Source: an uncultured Bacillota bacterium (lineage in GTDB: Bacteria; Bacillota_I; Bacilli_A; RFN20; CAG-826). Taken from it: DNA of 64,000 nt. Below the pieces are notes generated by a model. It saw nothing but the letters and a program-made list of their open reading frames with translations. It did no database searches and was not told where the DNA came from. A program made the translations under genes and the position numbers. The stretch spans positions 678,919 through 742,918 of the forward strand of contig OX437086.1 of the NCBI GenBank assembly GCA_949299565.1, in the 5' to 3' direction. Shown piece by piece: positions 30,491 through 40,800 of this stretch (position 1 is its first letter; each line of letters starts with the position of its first letter).

Positions 30491-31048
30491 ATGAACGTTA
30501 CAGAATTAAGACCAGGTAATTACTTTGAAGATGAAGGAGTTCTTTATCAAGTTATCGATATCCTTCTCAATAAAACAGCCATGCGCAAGATGGTTGCAAA
30601 AGTGAAAGTCAGAAATGTCAGAAGCGGTGCGATTACGGAATTAGCCCGCAATAGCGGATACGATGTGACTCAAGTGTCGGTCAACAAGCGCCCGATGCAA
30701 TATCTTTACGATTCTGGAAATACTCTTGTTTTCATGGATCCAAAAACTTATGAGCAAATTGAGCTGCCGAAGAACGGAATGGATATGTACATTCCATATT
30801 TGGCGCCAGAGGGTGAAGTTACAATTTCGACTTATGATGATGAAATTCTCGGTTTGGAGCTTCCGAGCAAGGTTGCTTTGACTGTCATTGACTGTGAACC
30901 GGGAGTCCGCGGAGACACGGTGACCAACGGTGGTTCTAAAGACGCGACATTAGAGACCGGCTTAAAGATTCGCATTCCGCTTTTCATCGAAAAAGGCGAA
31001 AAAGTTCTTGTCGACACAACGACAGGAAAATATGACAAGAGGGCCTAA
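30491..31048 (+). CDS. efp: Elongation factor P
   Basis: KVKVRNVRSG, MQYLY, FMDPKTYEQ, PGVRGDT, LETG, PLFI. Confidence 0.96.
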   Translation: MNVTELRPGNYFEDEGVLYQVIDILLNKTAMRKMVAKVKVRNVRSGAITELARNSGYDVTQVSVNKRPMQYLYDSGNTLVFMDPKTYEQIELPKNGMDMYIPYLAPEGEVTISTYDDEILGLELPSKVALTVIDCEPGVRGDTVTNGGSKDATLETGLKIRIPLFIEKGEKVLVDTTTGKYDKRA

Positions 31049-31050
31049 TA

Positions 31051-31272
31051 ATGACTTTGGAACCGTGGCTTTTTGTTATTTATCTGCTCTTGTGCGTTAT
31101 TGCGGGGCTAGTGATCGGTTTCTTCGCCGCTCGCGCTTTCTTCAAAAAACAGCTGAAGAAAAATCCGCCAATCAATGAAAACATGATTCGCGCGATGTTT
31201 ATGCAGATGGGGCGTAAACCATCAGAAGCGCAAATTCGTGCTGTCATGAATTCAATGAAGCGCAGTCAATAA
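31051..31272 (+). CDS. yneF: YneF/UPF0154 family protein
   Basis: TM helix then KNPPINENMIRAMFMQMGRKPSE. Confidence 0.93.
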   Translation: MTLEPWLFVIYLLLCVIAGLVIGFFAARAFFKKQLKKNPPINENMIRAMFMQMGRKPSEAQIRAVMNSMKRSQ

Positions 31273-31292
31273 ATTAATAAAAATAAGATAGA

Positions 31293-31322
31293 AGAGGAGG
31301 GCAAAGACCCTCTTCTTTTTTT
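31293..31322 (+). terminator. Intrinsic terminator after yneF
   Basis: AGAGGAGGG/CCCTCTTCT stem followed by T run. Confidence 0.8.
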
Positions 31323-31729
31323 GTTCTTTTTTGATAGTTATATTTCTTCTACATCGATTATTTTTATATTTTTATGATCGATAAGCAAGAGCACGTATTG
31401 AATTGAGGAACGCTACTTATATTTGATGTCACAAGTTATTTTATAATGGTTTTGCTAATGGCAATTACCAATAATCGTCTAATCTTTTGCTTTTGTTGAA
31501 AGAAGTGGAAATATAGAAGAGATGATAATTAGAGTAACGGGTAGCAAGAAATTAAATTAGTAGAAATATTTGATAAGTATTGAAGCGATTTATTAAAAAT
31601 ATTTAATAATCGAATATTTTATAAGAAAACAGCATATTACAAATCGCGGCGTCAATCTAAAACAAGTATCATAACTTGTTTTTTAAGAATAAAATATTTT
31701 CTCCACAACAAAAGAAATAACTACTAATT

Positions 31730-32470
31730 TTATCCTTGATATTTACTTGGCCATTCAACCGGTTTTTCGGTTCCATTTTTAAGTCTTGATATGTTTTGTC
31801 GATGGCGATAAACCATGATTAAATAGGTGATCGTTGTCACGCTTGCCGCACAATAGCCAAAGAAAGCACCGCCTGGTTCTAAGTTGAAGACCCATGTTAA
31901 AAAGAGGCAATCGTTCCCGCTTGTTTTAACGACTATGCACATGATCCATTCGAAAACAACAAGAGCTAATCCGGATAGAAGCGATGAATAACTGACAATT
32001 TTCTTTTTTAAAAAAGGTGTGAAGAAGGCAATTAGACAGGCAATGAGTCCAAGCCAAGAAGTTCCGCCAACAATTCCCATGAAACAACTGACAGCTTTTC
32101 CTCCCTGGAATTTGAGAAAGATACTCCAGCAATGTCCAATCACTGCTCCAAAACCAGCTAGCCAATAGTAGAGTTCTCCGTTCATGAAAAGAACTCCATC
32201 ATCGCTTAAATACGTGAAGGAAATAATTGCCCAACTGATCCAAAAGGCTAGAACAGCTTTCAAAATGTCTAATGCAATTACTAAAACACCGATCTTTTTT
32301 CCGAAAATACGGCCTGAATTGGTGCCGCCTGAATTATGGCTTCCGTAATTTCGGGGATCCTTATGAAAGAAAATTCTTCCAATCATGACTCCGCTTGGAA
32401 TCGAACCAAGGAAGTAACCGAGAAGAAACAAAGATACGGCAATCAGAATGTTGAGACTTAGAAAATCCAT
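31730..32470 (-). CDS. plsY: Glycerol-3-phosphate acyltransferase PlsY
   Basis: YFLGSIP, GS.NSGGTN, DILK, GHCWSIFLKFQGGKAV, RHRQNI.RL..GTE. Confidence 0.95.
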   Translation of the reverse strand: MDFLSLNILIAVSLFLLGYFLGSIPSGVMIGRIFFHKDPRNYGSHNSGGTNSGRIFGKKIGVLVIALDILKAVLAFWISWAIISFTYLSDDGVLFMNGELYYWLAGFGAVIGHCWSIFLKFQGGKAVSCFMGIVGGTSWLGLIACLIAFFTPFLKKKIVSYSSLLSGLALVVFEWIMCIVVKTSGNDCLFLTWVFNLEPGGAFFGYCAASVTTITYLIMVYRHRQNISRLKNGTEKPVEWPSKYQG

Positions 32471-32542
32471 AGTTTGCGGGATCCTCCTGAAAAGATTTTC
32501 AGCGATTTGCGTTCAAGAATCTATCAAAACTACTCATAAATT

Positions 32543-32551
32543 TGTTATAAT
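32543..32551 (+). promoter_or_regulatory. Extended -10 promoter of parE-parC
   Basis: TGTTATAAT upstream of parE. Confidence 0.55.
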
Positions 32552-32584
32552 CCCTTGGATTATTTTGTGAGTTTGGGAAAAAAG

Positions 32585-34552
32585 ATGGACGATATAACAA
32601 ATGCTGAAAAAAAGTATACCGCTTCCGATATTGAAGTTTTAGGTGAATTGGAGGGCGTGCGCAAACGCCCGGGCATGTATATCGGGAGCACCAATCTCAC
32701 AGGATTACATCATCTAGTTTGGGAAATGGTTGATAACGCCGTTGACGAGGCTGTCAATGGTTACGGGAATCGTGTGCAAGTGACGATGTGGAAGGACGGC
32801 TCGATTTCTGTTGAAGATGAAGGGAGAGGCGTTCCTGTCGATATCCACCCGCAAGCAGGAATTCCGGCTGTCCAACTCATCTATACAACTCTTCACTCTG
32901 GCGGGAAATTCAATTCGAAGATTTATCAAACCAGCGCTGGACTTCATGGCGTTGGAGCGACAGTTACCAACGCTTTGAGCGAATGGCTTGATGTTACCGT
33001 TTATCGTCAGGGAAAGATTTATCATATTCGCTTTCATAATGGTGGCGAATTAGAGACGCCGCTTGAATGCCTAGGAAATACGAACAAACACGGCACGATC
33101 GTCCGTTTTAAACCAGATCCATCGATTTTTCCGAACGTTAAATTTAATTACGACACGATTCAAAATCGTTTAGAGGAAAAATCATATTTATTGACGGGTG
33201 TCCGCTTTGTTCTCAAAGATCAAAGCACTGGATCAACTGCCGAATTTTATTGTCAAAACGGACTTCGCGAATACGTTGAAAGCCTTAATCGCAATAAGAT
33301 GCCGCTTGGCGAGATCATCGATTTTAAGGGCGAAAGTTCGGGCATCAAAGTTGAGATTGCCATGCAGTGGTGCCTCAACGACTACAAAGAAAATATCTAT
33401 TCCTATGCGAATGATGTGCGGACGGCAGACGGCGGTACGCACGAGCAAGGCTTTAAGAGTGCCTTAACGAAAACAATCAATGACTGGGCTCTTCAGAATG
33501 AACTAATTAGAGCCAATCAATCGCTTGAAGGGATTGACATTCGTGAAGGATTAACCGCGATCATTTCTGTCAAAATACCCGAAAATAAACTCGAATATGA
33601 GGGACAAACGAAAGGAAAACTTGGAACACCGGAAGCTGGACCGGTTGTTGGAGGGCTTGTTCAAAGCAAATTCCTTTATTTTCTCAACGAGCATAAAAAC
33701 TTTGCTGTCGAGTTGATTAAAAAGTGCGAAGCTTCAAGGAATGTTCGTGAAGCCGCCCGTAAAGCTAAAGAGGCAGCTCGCGGATCTAAAAAGAAAAGCG
33801 TCGACTTCATGCTTTCGGATAAACTCGCGAGCGCTCAGTCGAAAGATTATAAAAATAATGAACTTTTTATCGTTGAGGGCGATTCCGCTGGCGGATCAGC
33901 TAAAACCGGACGCGATCGTTTGCATCAAGCGATTTTGCCGTTGCGCGGAAAGCCTTTAAACACTGATTCTTTGCCGCTTGAAAAGATTGTCGAAAACGTT
34001 GAATTTTCAACGCTTATTCAGACGATAGGCGCGGGTGTCGGCTCTGATTTTGACCCGGATGATTCGCATTATGGAAAAATTATCATCATGACAGACGCCG
34101 ATACTGACGGAGCGCACATCCAGACTCTGCTTCTTACTTTCTTTTACAATTACATGAAGCCTCTCATCGATCGAGGGATGGTTTATTTAGCGCAACCGCC
34201 TCTTTATCGTGTCTACAAAAAAAGCGATCCGAGTAAGCACGTTTATTGTTGGACTGATGAGGAATTACAAAAAGCGAAAGCAAAGATCGGCGCTGGATAT
34301 GGAATCAACCGCTATAAGGGTCTCGGTGAAATGAATCCTTCGCAGTTGGCAGAAACGACGATGAATAAAGAAACACGTCAGTTATTGCGTGTGACAATCG
34401 AAGACGCGCTTATCGTTGAAAAACGAATCGGGACCTTGATGGGCAAAGACAGTGCGCCTCGTTGGCGTTGGATTCAGGAGAATGTCGTTTTCAATGAATT
34501 CGATAGTTTCCAAGAAGAAATAAAAGGAGGCTCCAGTCATGAAAAGCAATAA
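32585..34552 (+). CDS. parE: DNA topoisomerase IV subunit B
   Basis: [41 protein letters not shown]; plsY-divergent parEC synteny favours parE over gyrB. Confidence 0.9.
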   Translation: MDDITNAEKKYTASDIEVLGELEGVRKRPGMYIGSTNLTGLHHLVWEMVDNAVDEAVNGYGNRVQVTMWKDGSISVEDEGRGVPVDIHPQAGIPAVQLIYTTLHSGGKFNSKIYQTSAGLHGVGATVTNALSEWLDVTVYRQGKIYHIRFHNGGELETPLECLGNTNKHGTIVRFKPDPSIFPNVKFNYDTIQNRLEEKSYLLTGVRFVLKDQSTGSTAEFYCQNGLREYVESLNRNKMPLGEIIDFKGESSGIKVEIAMQWCLNDYKENIYSYANDVRTADGGTHEQGFKSALTKTINDWALQNELIRANQSLEGIDIREGLTAIISVKIPENKLEYEGQTKGKLGTPEAGPVVGGLVQSKFLYFLNEHKNFAVELIKKCEASRNVREAARKAKEAARGSKKKSVDFMLSDKLASAQSKDYKNNELFIVEGDSAGGSAKTGRDRLHQAILPLRGKPLNTDSLPLEKIVENVEFSTLIQTIGAGVGSDFDPDDSHYGKIIIMTDADTDGAHIQTLLLTFFYNYMKPLIDRGMVYLAQPPLYRVYKKSDPSKHVYCWTDEELQKAKAKIGAGYGINRYKGLGEMNPSQLAETTMNKETRQLLRVTIEDALIVEKRIGTLMGKDSAPRWRWIQENVVFNEFDSFQEEIKGGSSHEKQ

Positions 34553-37127
34553 GAAAAATGGTGAAGTTTCCTTTGTTGAAACGATCGCTGACGAGACTCT
34601 CGATGAGTTGATGGGGCAAAAATTTGCCATTTATGCGAAAGACGTTATTCAAGATCGTGCAATCCCCGATGCTCGTGACGGCTTAAAGCCAGTTCAACGC
34701 CGCATCCTCTATGATATGTGGGTTACCGGGAATACAATTGAGAAACCGACTAAGAAATGCGCGCACATCGTCGGAGACGTCATGGGCAAATACCATCCGC
34801 ATGGCGATTCATCAATTTATGAAGCGCTTGTTCATATGTCGCAAAAATGGGCATATCGTTATCCGCTTATTGACTTTCAAGGAAATAACGGGTCGATCGA
34901 TGGCGATGGTCCGGCCGCATATCGTTATACAGAAGCGCGTTTATCAGCGTTAGCATCCGAACTTTTACACGACATCGATGAAGAAACAGTCGATATGGAA
35001 CTGACGTTTGATGACACTCTTTATGAGCCGAGCGTTCTGCCAGCGCATTTCCCCAACTTGTTCGCAAATGGTTCAGAAGGCATCGCTGTCGGCATTTCCA
35101 CAAATATCCCTCCTCATAATTTAGGAGAGTTAAGCGAAGCGATTATCTATCGTCTTAAAAATCCGGAAGCGACAATTGATGAATATTTTTCGATTTTGCC
35201 AGGACCCGATTTCCCGACTGGCGGGATTATTTATCAAAGTGAAAGCTTGAAAGACATTTATCGCACCGGACGCGGCAAAGTCACTATTTCATCGAAAGTT
35301 GACATCGTTGAAAATAAAGGACATCGGCAAATTATCGTCTCGGAAATCCCATATCAAGTCAATAAATCTCTGCTTGTTAAATCTATTGATAAGATTAGGC
35401 ATGATCGAACAATTCCCGGTATTGAAGAAGTGCGAGACGAATCGGACAAAGATGGTTTAAGAATTGCGATCGATTTAAAAGATGAATGTAAACCTGAAGC
35501 TGTTTTAGCTTACCTTTTAGCCAAAACCCCCTTAAGAAGTTCTTATAGCGCCCACATGGTCGCGATTGTCGATAATCGTCCAAAAACAATCAATCTTTTA
35601 GATTATTTGGATGCCTATATCACTCATCAATTGGAAGTCATCACGCGACGAACTAAATTTTTGTTAGAGAAGAGCAATCGTCGTTTGGAAATTGTTAAGG
35701 GCTTATTCCAAGCGATTTCTTGTCTTGACGAAGTCGTGCGGATTATTCGTCTTTCAAATGACAAATCTGACGCGAAAATAAATTTGCAGGCTCGTTTTTC
35801 TTTCTCGGATTCTCAAGTTGAAGCGATTTTGATGATGCCGTTATATCGCCTTTCCAATACCGATATAAAAACATTGGAGAAAGAAGAAAGCGACTTAGAG
35901 AAAGCCATTAAAAAATATCAATCTCTCCTCGCTTCGCAAAGCAAACGCGAAGAGGTCATTATCAAAGAACTTTCCTTGATAAAAGAAAAATACGGAGATC
36001 AACGGCGGACCGCCATCGAAGAAGAGGAGGTCAGCGTCAATATCGACAAACGCGATTTGATTGCTGATGAAGAAGTCATGTGCGTCGTAACGCGCGATGG
36101 CTATTTGAAGCGTAGTTCCATCAAATCATGGAAAAGTTCTGGTGGCGAGCGTGGAGCAAAACCCGGCATTAAATCGGGCGATATTTTCTTGTTCCTGGGT
36201 CGCTGTTCGACGAAGGATTATTTATTGCTCTTCACCGAACGAGGCTATTATTTAGAAATTCCAGTCAATGAAGTCCGCGAGACAAAATGGAATGATGAAG
36301 GATTCCATGTTTCGTCTTTGGCTTCGATCGGAAACGGTGAAAAGCTTGTTTCAGCTTTTGTCGTCAGGAATTTCCGAAATGATGTTATGGTTGTAGCCTT
36401 AGCGAAATCCGGTCTCATCAAGCGCATGAGCCTAGCTTCTTTAGAACTTCAAAGAAGAAGCAAATCAGTAATGGCTTTTAAGCTCGATGCGACCGATGCG
36501 CTTGTCAAAGCGATGCCGACGTCCGGAAACGACAATCTCTTGTTGATTTCTGAAACTGGTGAAGCCTTAGTCTATAACGAAAACGAGATCAATCCGACTT
36601 CTCCTCGCTCTGGCGGCATTAAGGCTGGCGGCTTTAAAGGACGCCCCGTTGTGGGATTTTTATCTTTCAATCCCGATGAGAAGAAAACAAAAGTTGCTCT
36701 TATCACGGATCGCGGGCACTTGCGCGTTTTCGATGAGGAAAAATTGGAATTAAGCAAGAGAACAGCGCGTGCTACGCCTTTATACGGGATGTATAAAAAC
36801 GATCCGCATGTTTTAATCTTCTTTGATAAGGTTTCTGATAAGGCGGCGCCTTATTCTTATGATGCTGTTTTAAATGGCGGCCTTCGAATCGATATCACGT
36901 TCCAAGATTGGAATCTCACGCAGGAAAAAACCGCGCATAAAGCTGCTCCTGGCGAATTAATGGGCTTCCCGGCTCGCGGTCGCATCTTGCACGTTTCTCC
37001 GGAAGTTTCTTTAGTAGTCGACGATAATTTTAAGACCTTTAAGCCGACGAAATCCATCGAAAACGCAAACGAACAAAATCTTGATCCTTTTGAACAAATA
37101 TCACTTTTTGATGCTGAGGATGAGTGA
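34539..37127 (+). CDS. parC: DNA topoisomerase IV subunit A
   Basis: [35 protein letters not shown]; no intact GyrA box seen. Confidence 0.9.
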   Translation: MKSNKKNGEVSFVETIADETLDELMGQKFAIYAKDVIQDRAIPDARDGLKPVQRRILYDMWVTGNTIEKPTKKCAHIVGDVMGKYHPHGDSSIYEALVHMSQKWAYRYPLIDFQGNNGSIDGDGPAAYRYTEARLSALASELLHDIDEETVDMELTFDDTLYEPSVLPAHFPNLFANGSEGIAVGISTNIPPHNLGELSEAIIYRLKNPEATIDEYFSILPGPDFPTGGIIYQSESLKDIYRTGRGKVTISSKVDIVENKGHRQIIVSEIPYQVNKSLLVKSIDKIRHDRTIPGIEEVRDESDKDGLRIAIDLKDECKPEAVLAYLLAKTPLRSSYSAHMVAIVDNRPKTINLLDYLDAYITHQLEVITRRTKFLLEKSNRRLEIVKGLFQAISCLDEVVRIIRLSNDKSDAKINLQARFSFSDSQVEAILMMPLYRLSNTDIKTLEKEESDLEKAIKKYQSLLASQSKREEVIIKELSLIKEKYGDQRRTAIEEEEVSVNIDKRDLIADEEVMCVVTRDGYLKRSSIKSWKSSGGERGAKPGIKSGDIFLFLGRCSTKDYLLLFTERGYYLEIPVNEVRETKWNDEGFHVSSLASIGNGEKLVSAFVVRNFRNDVMVVALAKSGLIKRMSLASLELQRRSKSVMAFKLDATDALVKAMPTSGNDNLLLISETGEALVYNENEINPTSPRSGGIKAGGFKGRPVVGFLSFNPDEKKTKVALITDRGHLRVFDEEKLELSKRTARATPLYGMYKNDPHVLIFFDKVSDKAAPYSYDAVLNGGLRIDITFQDWNLTQEKTAHKAAPGELMGFPARGRILHVSPEVSLVVDDNFKTFKPTKSIENANEQNLDPFEQISLFDAEDE

Positions 37128-37648
37128 TGAAACTGTTCTTGTCCAAAAGCGTTTACGCGTTAGATTTAGCGTTCCTTAAAGAAAAGGGTTACTGTTATTT
37201 GCTTTTAGACCTCGACAATACTTTAGATTATCCGTCCACGAAGATTGCGAGTTTAAAAGCCAAAAAGTTTTTCTTAGAATCTTCGTCTTTTGATTTAAAA
37301 ATCGCGATCGTCTCCAATAACACTCATAAGCGCTTAACGAAATATTTAGAAAATGTCGACGTTCCCTTTCTTTCTTCAGCTCATAAACCCGCTACGAAAC
37401 GTTTAAAAAAATTTCTCGAGGAATTGAATTGGGATCAAAATAAATGTTTGATGCTTGGAGATCAAGTTCTCACCGATTATGGATGCGCTAAAAAAATGGC
37501 GATTGATTTTGTTCTTTTAGAGCCGCTCAATCGTTCTGCCGATCATTTTTTCACGCGAATTAATCGGTTGTTAGAACGTCCGAAAAGAGCGAAAATTTTA
37601 AAGGGTGATTATCCGAAGTTAAAAACGAAGGAGCAAGATTATGAGTAA
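37124..37648 (+). CDS. yqeG: HAD IIIA phosphatase YqeG
   Basis: DLDNTL, VSNN, KP, GDQVLTD. Confidence 0.9.
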   Translation: MMKLFLSKSVYALDLAFLKEKGYCYLLLDLDNTLDYPSTKIASLKAKKFFLESSSFDLKIAIVSNNTHKRLTKYLENVDVPFLSSAHKPATKRLKKFLEELNWDQNKCLMLGDQVLTDYGCAKKMAIDFVLLEPLNRSADHFFTRINRLLERPKRAKILKGDYPKLKTKEQDYE

Positions 37649-38801
37649 ACTCGAAATTGTTCGCCGTTGCGCGATATGCGGTGCGGTATTGCAGACAAGC
37701 GACAAGAAAAAAGAAGGCTATGTCGATGAGGAGATTTTAGAAGAAACACCTCTTGACGGCGTTATCCTCTGCCAAAATTGTTTTCATGAGAATCGCTTCA
37801 ATAGAGCTCCGAAAGAAGCACCAGTGACTAAAGACTTTTTGACGATGCTGCGCGATGCTCAAGCTTCAGATGCCCTTATCGTCTATATTGTTGATTTGTT
37901 TTCTTTTGAATGTTCATTTCAAAAGCCCGTTATTGATTTGGTCAAGCGTTTACCGCTTCTTGTCATCGGGAATAAGCGTGATTTATTGCCGGACAACACT
38001 GACGACGACGCTTTAAAAGAATATGTTGCCCATCGTTTCCGTGTTGCCGGAGTCCAAATAAAATCTGATGATGTGGTCTTATCGAGCTTGTCATCTTTAA
38101 GCGATCTCACGCCAATCGTCAATTTGATTGAAGAAAAAAGGAAACGGCATGATGTTTATATCATCGGCGCGCCAGGATCTGGAAAATCGCTTTTCTTCAA
38201 CGGTTTTTTAAGAACGTTTGACAATAAAACTTCATATCAAATAACTACCGATTATTATCCGGGAACGTCCTTGCGGTTAATTAAAATTCCTCTCGATTCT
38301 TCAAGTGCTTTATATGATACGCCCGGGACCGGACTCGATAATTATTTAGCTTCTAAACTCGATGCGGTTTCTTTAAGAAACGTGACGCCAAGTGAAGCGA
38401 TACGTCCTCTCGATATCTCGATGGAAAGCGGAACGTCGCTTCTTATTGGAGGAGTCGCGCGTTTAGATCTCTTAAAAGGCTCGCCAAAAATTATTGTAAA
38501 AGCATATTTTGCTCCCGGCGTCGGGATTAAAAAGATTTCATCAAAATTAGATCCTGACGAGGAATTTAAGAAAGTTTTAAGCAACAAAAACATGGCTCCA
38601 AGTTCTTCGCTTCTTAATTCGTTAAAGGATTTCGATGTCTTTCAGGTTAAAGAAGAAATTGGCAATCGCGATTTGGGAATCGCTGGTTTAGGATGGATTT
38701 CCTATAAAGGCGATCAAAGCTCTTGGCGCATTTACGTTCCGCGCGATGTCGGCGTTTATGCTTCCAGGGCTAAAATCACTCTGAAAATCAAAAAAGACTA
38801 A
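37641..38801 (+). CDS. yqeH: Circularly permuted ribosome biogenesis GTPase YqeH
   Basis: CAICG..CQNC zinc finger, NKRD before GAPGSGKS and DTPG, IAGLGWI. Confidence 0.92.
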   Translation: MSKLEIVRRCAICGAVLQTSDKKKEGYVDEEILEETPLDGVILCQNCFHENRFNRAPKEAPVTKDFLTMLRDAQASDALIVYIVDLFSFECSFQKPVIDLVKRLPLLVIGNKRDLLPDNTDDDALKEYVAHRFRVAGVQIKSDDVVLSSLSSLSDLTPIVNLIEEKRKRHDVYIIGAPGSGKSLFFNGFLRTFDNKTSYQITTDYYPGTSLRLIKIPLDSSSALYDTPGTGLDNYLASKLDAVSLRNVTPSEAIRPLDISMESGTSLLIGGVARLDLLKGSPKIIVKAYFAPGVGIKKISSKLDPDEEFKKVLSNKNMAPSSSLLNSLKDFDVFQVKEEIGNRDLGIAGLGWISYKGDQSSWRIYVPRDVGVYASRAKITLKIKKD

Positions 38802-38806
38802 AAAAC

Positions 38807-39904
38807 ATGGAACGTTTGATTATTTTCGGCGGAGCGTTTGATCCGATTCACAACGGACATCTTCGTCTGGCTCAGGCCGCATCTTTGCTTTTAAACGCGG
38901 ATGTTGTTTTTGTTCCAGCCAAGTCTCCGCGTTGGAAAAAAACACAGGCGAGCGCGAAGGATCGCTTGAAAATGTTAAAATTAGCCTTGAGCGAAAAAGG
39001 AAGCGGCAGTTTTTCGTTATCAGACGTGGAACTTAAGCGCGACGATGAAGTAACTTATACGATAGATACTGTCCGCTATTTTAAAAACCGCTATCCACAA
39101 TATGAAATCTTGCTTTTGATGGGCGAAGATCAGGTTGAACGCTTTCCGAATTGGGAAGATGCTGATCTTCTTTCAAATATGGCAAACATTTATTACGTAA
39201 CGCGCAACAACCGAGAACCGGATCCAAGAATTCTTCAACGTTATAACATCAAATTGCTTAATTTTTCGGGAGCCGGCAACGTCTCATCGAGTGCTATCCG
39301 CAATTTACAATCGCTTGATATGCCTGGCAAAGTTTTAAATTACATCGAAAAAGAAAAACTTTACTATATGAAAGAATTGGGCGAGCGTCTCGATGAAAAA
39401 AGACTTGAGCATTCCCTTTCAGTCGCGCATCTTGCCATGTCAATTGCTTCTCGCAACCGCCTTGAAATCGCTGAGAAAGCCTATATCGCCGGCATTCTTC
39501 ATGATTTAGCAAAAGGAATGAGCATTGACGAAAGCAAAAAACGTTTAGAAGATGAAAACCCTGAGTTATTGAAACTGCCTTCCTATACTTGGCATCAATT
39601 TTTAGGAGCTTCTTTGGCCCGTGAAATTTTTAAAATTGAAGATCAAGAGATTTTAGACGCGATCAGTTATCATTGCACTGGGAAAAAGCATATGTCGCCT
39701 TTGGCGAAAATCATTTTCTCGGCTGATAAAATAGATCCGCTTCGAGGATATGATTCATCGCGTTTAATCAGAGCTTGTTATAGTTCTTACTATCTTGGCT
39801 TTTTAAAGGTATTAAAAGAGAATCGCGAATATTTAAAAGAGAAAGGACAGAATGACGATAATGTTCTTACGCAAGAATGTTATTCGCTCTATCTAGGAGA
39901 TTAA
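38807..39904 (+). CDS. nadD: NadD-YqeK fusion (nicotinate-nucleotide adenylyltransferase plus HD-domain Ap4A hydrolase)
   Basis: GGAFDPIHNGH and SSSAIR, then RLEHSLSVA, LHDLAK, HCTG, ADKI. Confidence 0.92.
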   Translation: MERLIIFGGAFDPIHNGHLRLAQAASLLLNADVVFVPAKSPRWKKTQASAKDRLKMLKLALSEKGSGSFSLSDVELKRDDEVTYTIDTVRYFKNRYPQYEILLLMGEDQVERFPNWEDADLLSNMANIYYVTRNNREPDPRILQRYNIKLLNFSGAGNVSSSAIRNLQSLDMPGKVLNYIEKEKLYYMKELGERLDEKRLEHSLSVAHLAMSIASRNRLEIAEKAYIAGILHDLAKGMSIDESKKRLEDENPELLKLPSYTWHQFLGASLAREIFKIEDQEILDAISYHCTGKKHMSPLAKIIFSADKIDPLRGYDSSRLIRACYSSYYLGFLKVLKENREYLKEKGQNDDNVLTQECYSLYLGD

Positions 39905-39906
39905 AA

Positions 39907-40230
39907 ATGAGACAACCAAAGATTTTGAAAATTATTGAAGAGACTTTAACCGAGCATAAGGCAGAAAATATAAGTGTGTTCAACGTTAAAGAACGAACGC
40001 CTTTTAACGATTACGCTGTGGTGGTTGAAGCACCGAACGAAAGAGCAATCGAAAGCTGGGGAGAATACCTCATCAAAGCTTTAGAAAAAAACGGCTTTAA
40101 AGTTCGGGCGAAAGAAGGAAATTCAAGTTCTAAATGGGTTATAATTGACGCAGGTGTAGCGATTATTCATTTGTTGGACAGCAAAGAAAAAGAACGCATA
40201 AATTTTGATGATTTATACGGCAAGTTCTAA
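39907..40230 (+). CDS. rsfS: Ribosome silencing factor RsfS
   Basis: KAENI, EG....WVIIDAG.AIIH; position after yqeK. Confidence 0.9.
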   Translation: MRQPKILKIIEETLTEHKAENISVFNVKERTPFNDYAVVVEAPNERAIESWGEYLIKALEKNGFKVRAKEGNSSSKWVIIDAGVAIIHLLDSKEKERINFDDLYGKF

Positions 40231-40261
40231 TAGGATTAATAAACTAGTAGTTCGAAAGGTG

Positions 40262-40287
40262 ATCAGCGGCTCTCACCGCTGATTTTT
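40262..40287 (+). terminator. Intrinsic terminator after rsfS
   Basis: ATCAGCGG-CTCTCA-CCGCTGAT followed by TTTT. Confidence 0.8.
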
Positions 40288-40301
40288 CATTGCTTTAATT
40301 A

Positions 40302-40329
40302 ACTTCGTATAATGTCCATTATGTTAAGT
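40302..40329 (+). other. dif: dif chromosome-dimer resolution site
   Basis: ACTTCGTATAA-TGTCCA-TTATGTTAAGT (11-6-11); right arm matches the XerD arm TTATGTTAAAT at 10/11; intergenic, at the gene-orientation switch. Confidence 0.88.
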
Positions 40330-40800
40330 AAATTAAAAAAAGAATAGTTATATACTAATTTATTTTAAGTTACATTTTCGAAGTTAAAATAATTACGACT
40401 TTTTAATCCACAGACATTCACATGGCTCTAAAACTACTAATTATCTACTAATAGAAAAATTTAAATATTGCCCAACTGCTTTCGTTTTTTTGTCAACGAA
40501 TTGTCATGTTAGTAGTTTTATTCTTTTCAAAACATCTTTCATTGATTTATATATTGACGTTGATTGTAATCACTAATGCATTCTTTTCTGAATAAAAATG
40601 TTTTTATCTTTTATATTTATAATTATCGCTCATTAAATTATGGTTATGTTGCATAAAGAAAAGCTCTAATATAACAATAAAGAATATAGGAATTATCTAT
40701 GTCATTTACGACTTCCGATATCAATGTTTTTTAATGAATGTGGATTGATCGTTATCGATAGATAAAATGATCTGTGTTAACAAAAAAAGACAAAAATATA

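Noticed and set aside
31551..31570. Minus-strand ATTTCTACT resembling a Cas12a repeat
   Set aside because: The complementary GTAGAT half and any repetition are absent
32585..37127. gyrB-gyrA assignment
   Set aside because: Divergent plsY linkage, terminus location and lack of an evident GyrA box favour parE-parC
40300..40315. 16-nt identity to the left half of loxP (TAACTTCGTATAATGT)
   Set aside because: The right arm is XerD-type with a 6-bp spacer, not the loxP arm with an 8-bp spacer; better explained as dif
40399..40434. Minus-strand GTTTTAGAGCCATG resembling a type II-A CRISPR repeat start, with nearby AAGTTAAAATAA resembling tracrRNA
   Set aside because: Single copy, no matching 3' end, no spacers, no cas genes; AT-rich context
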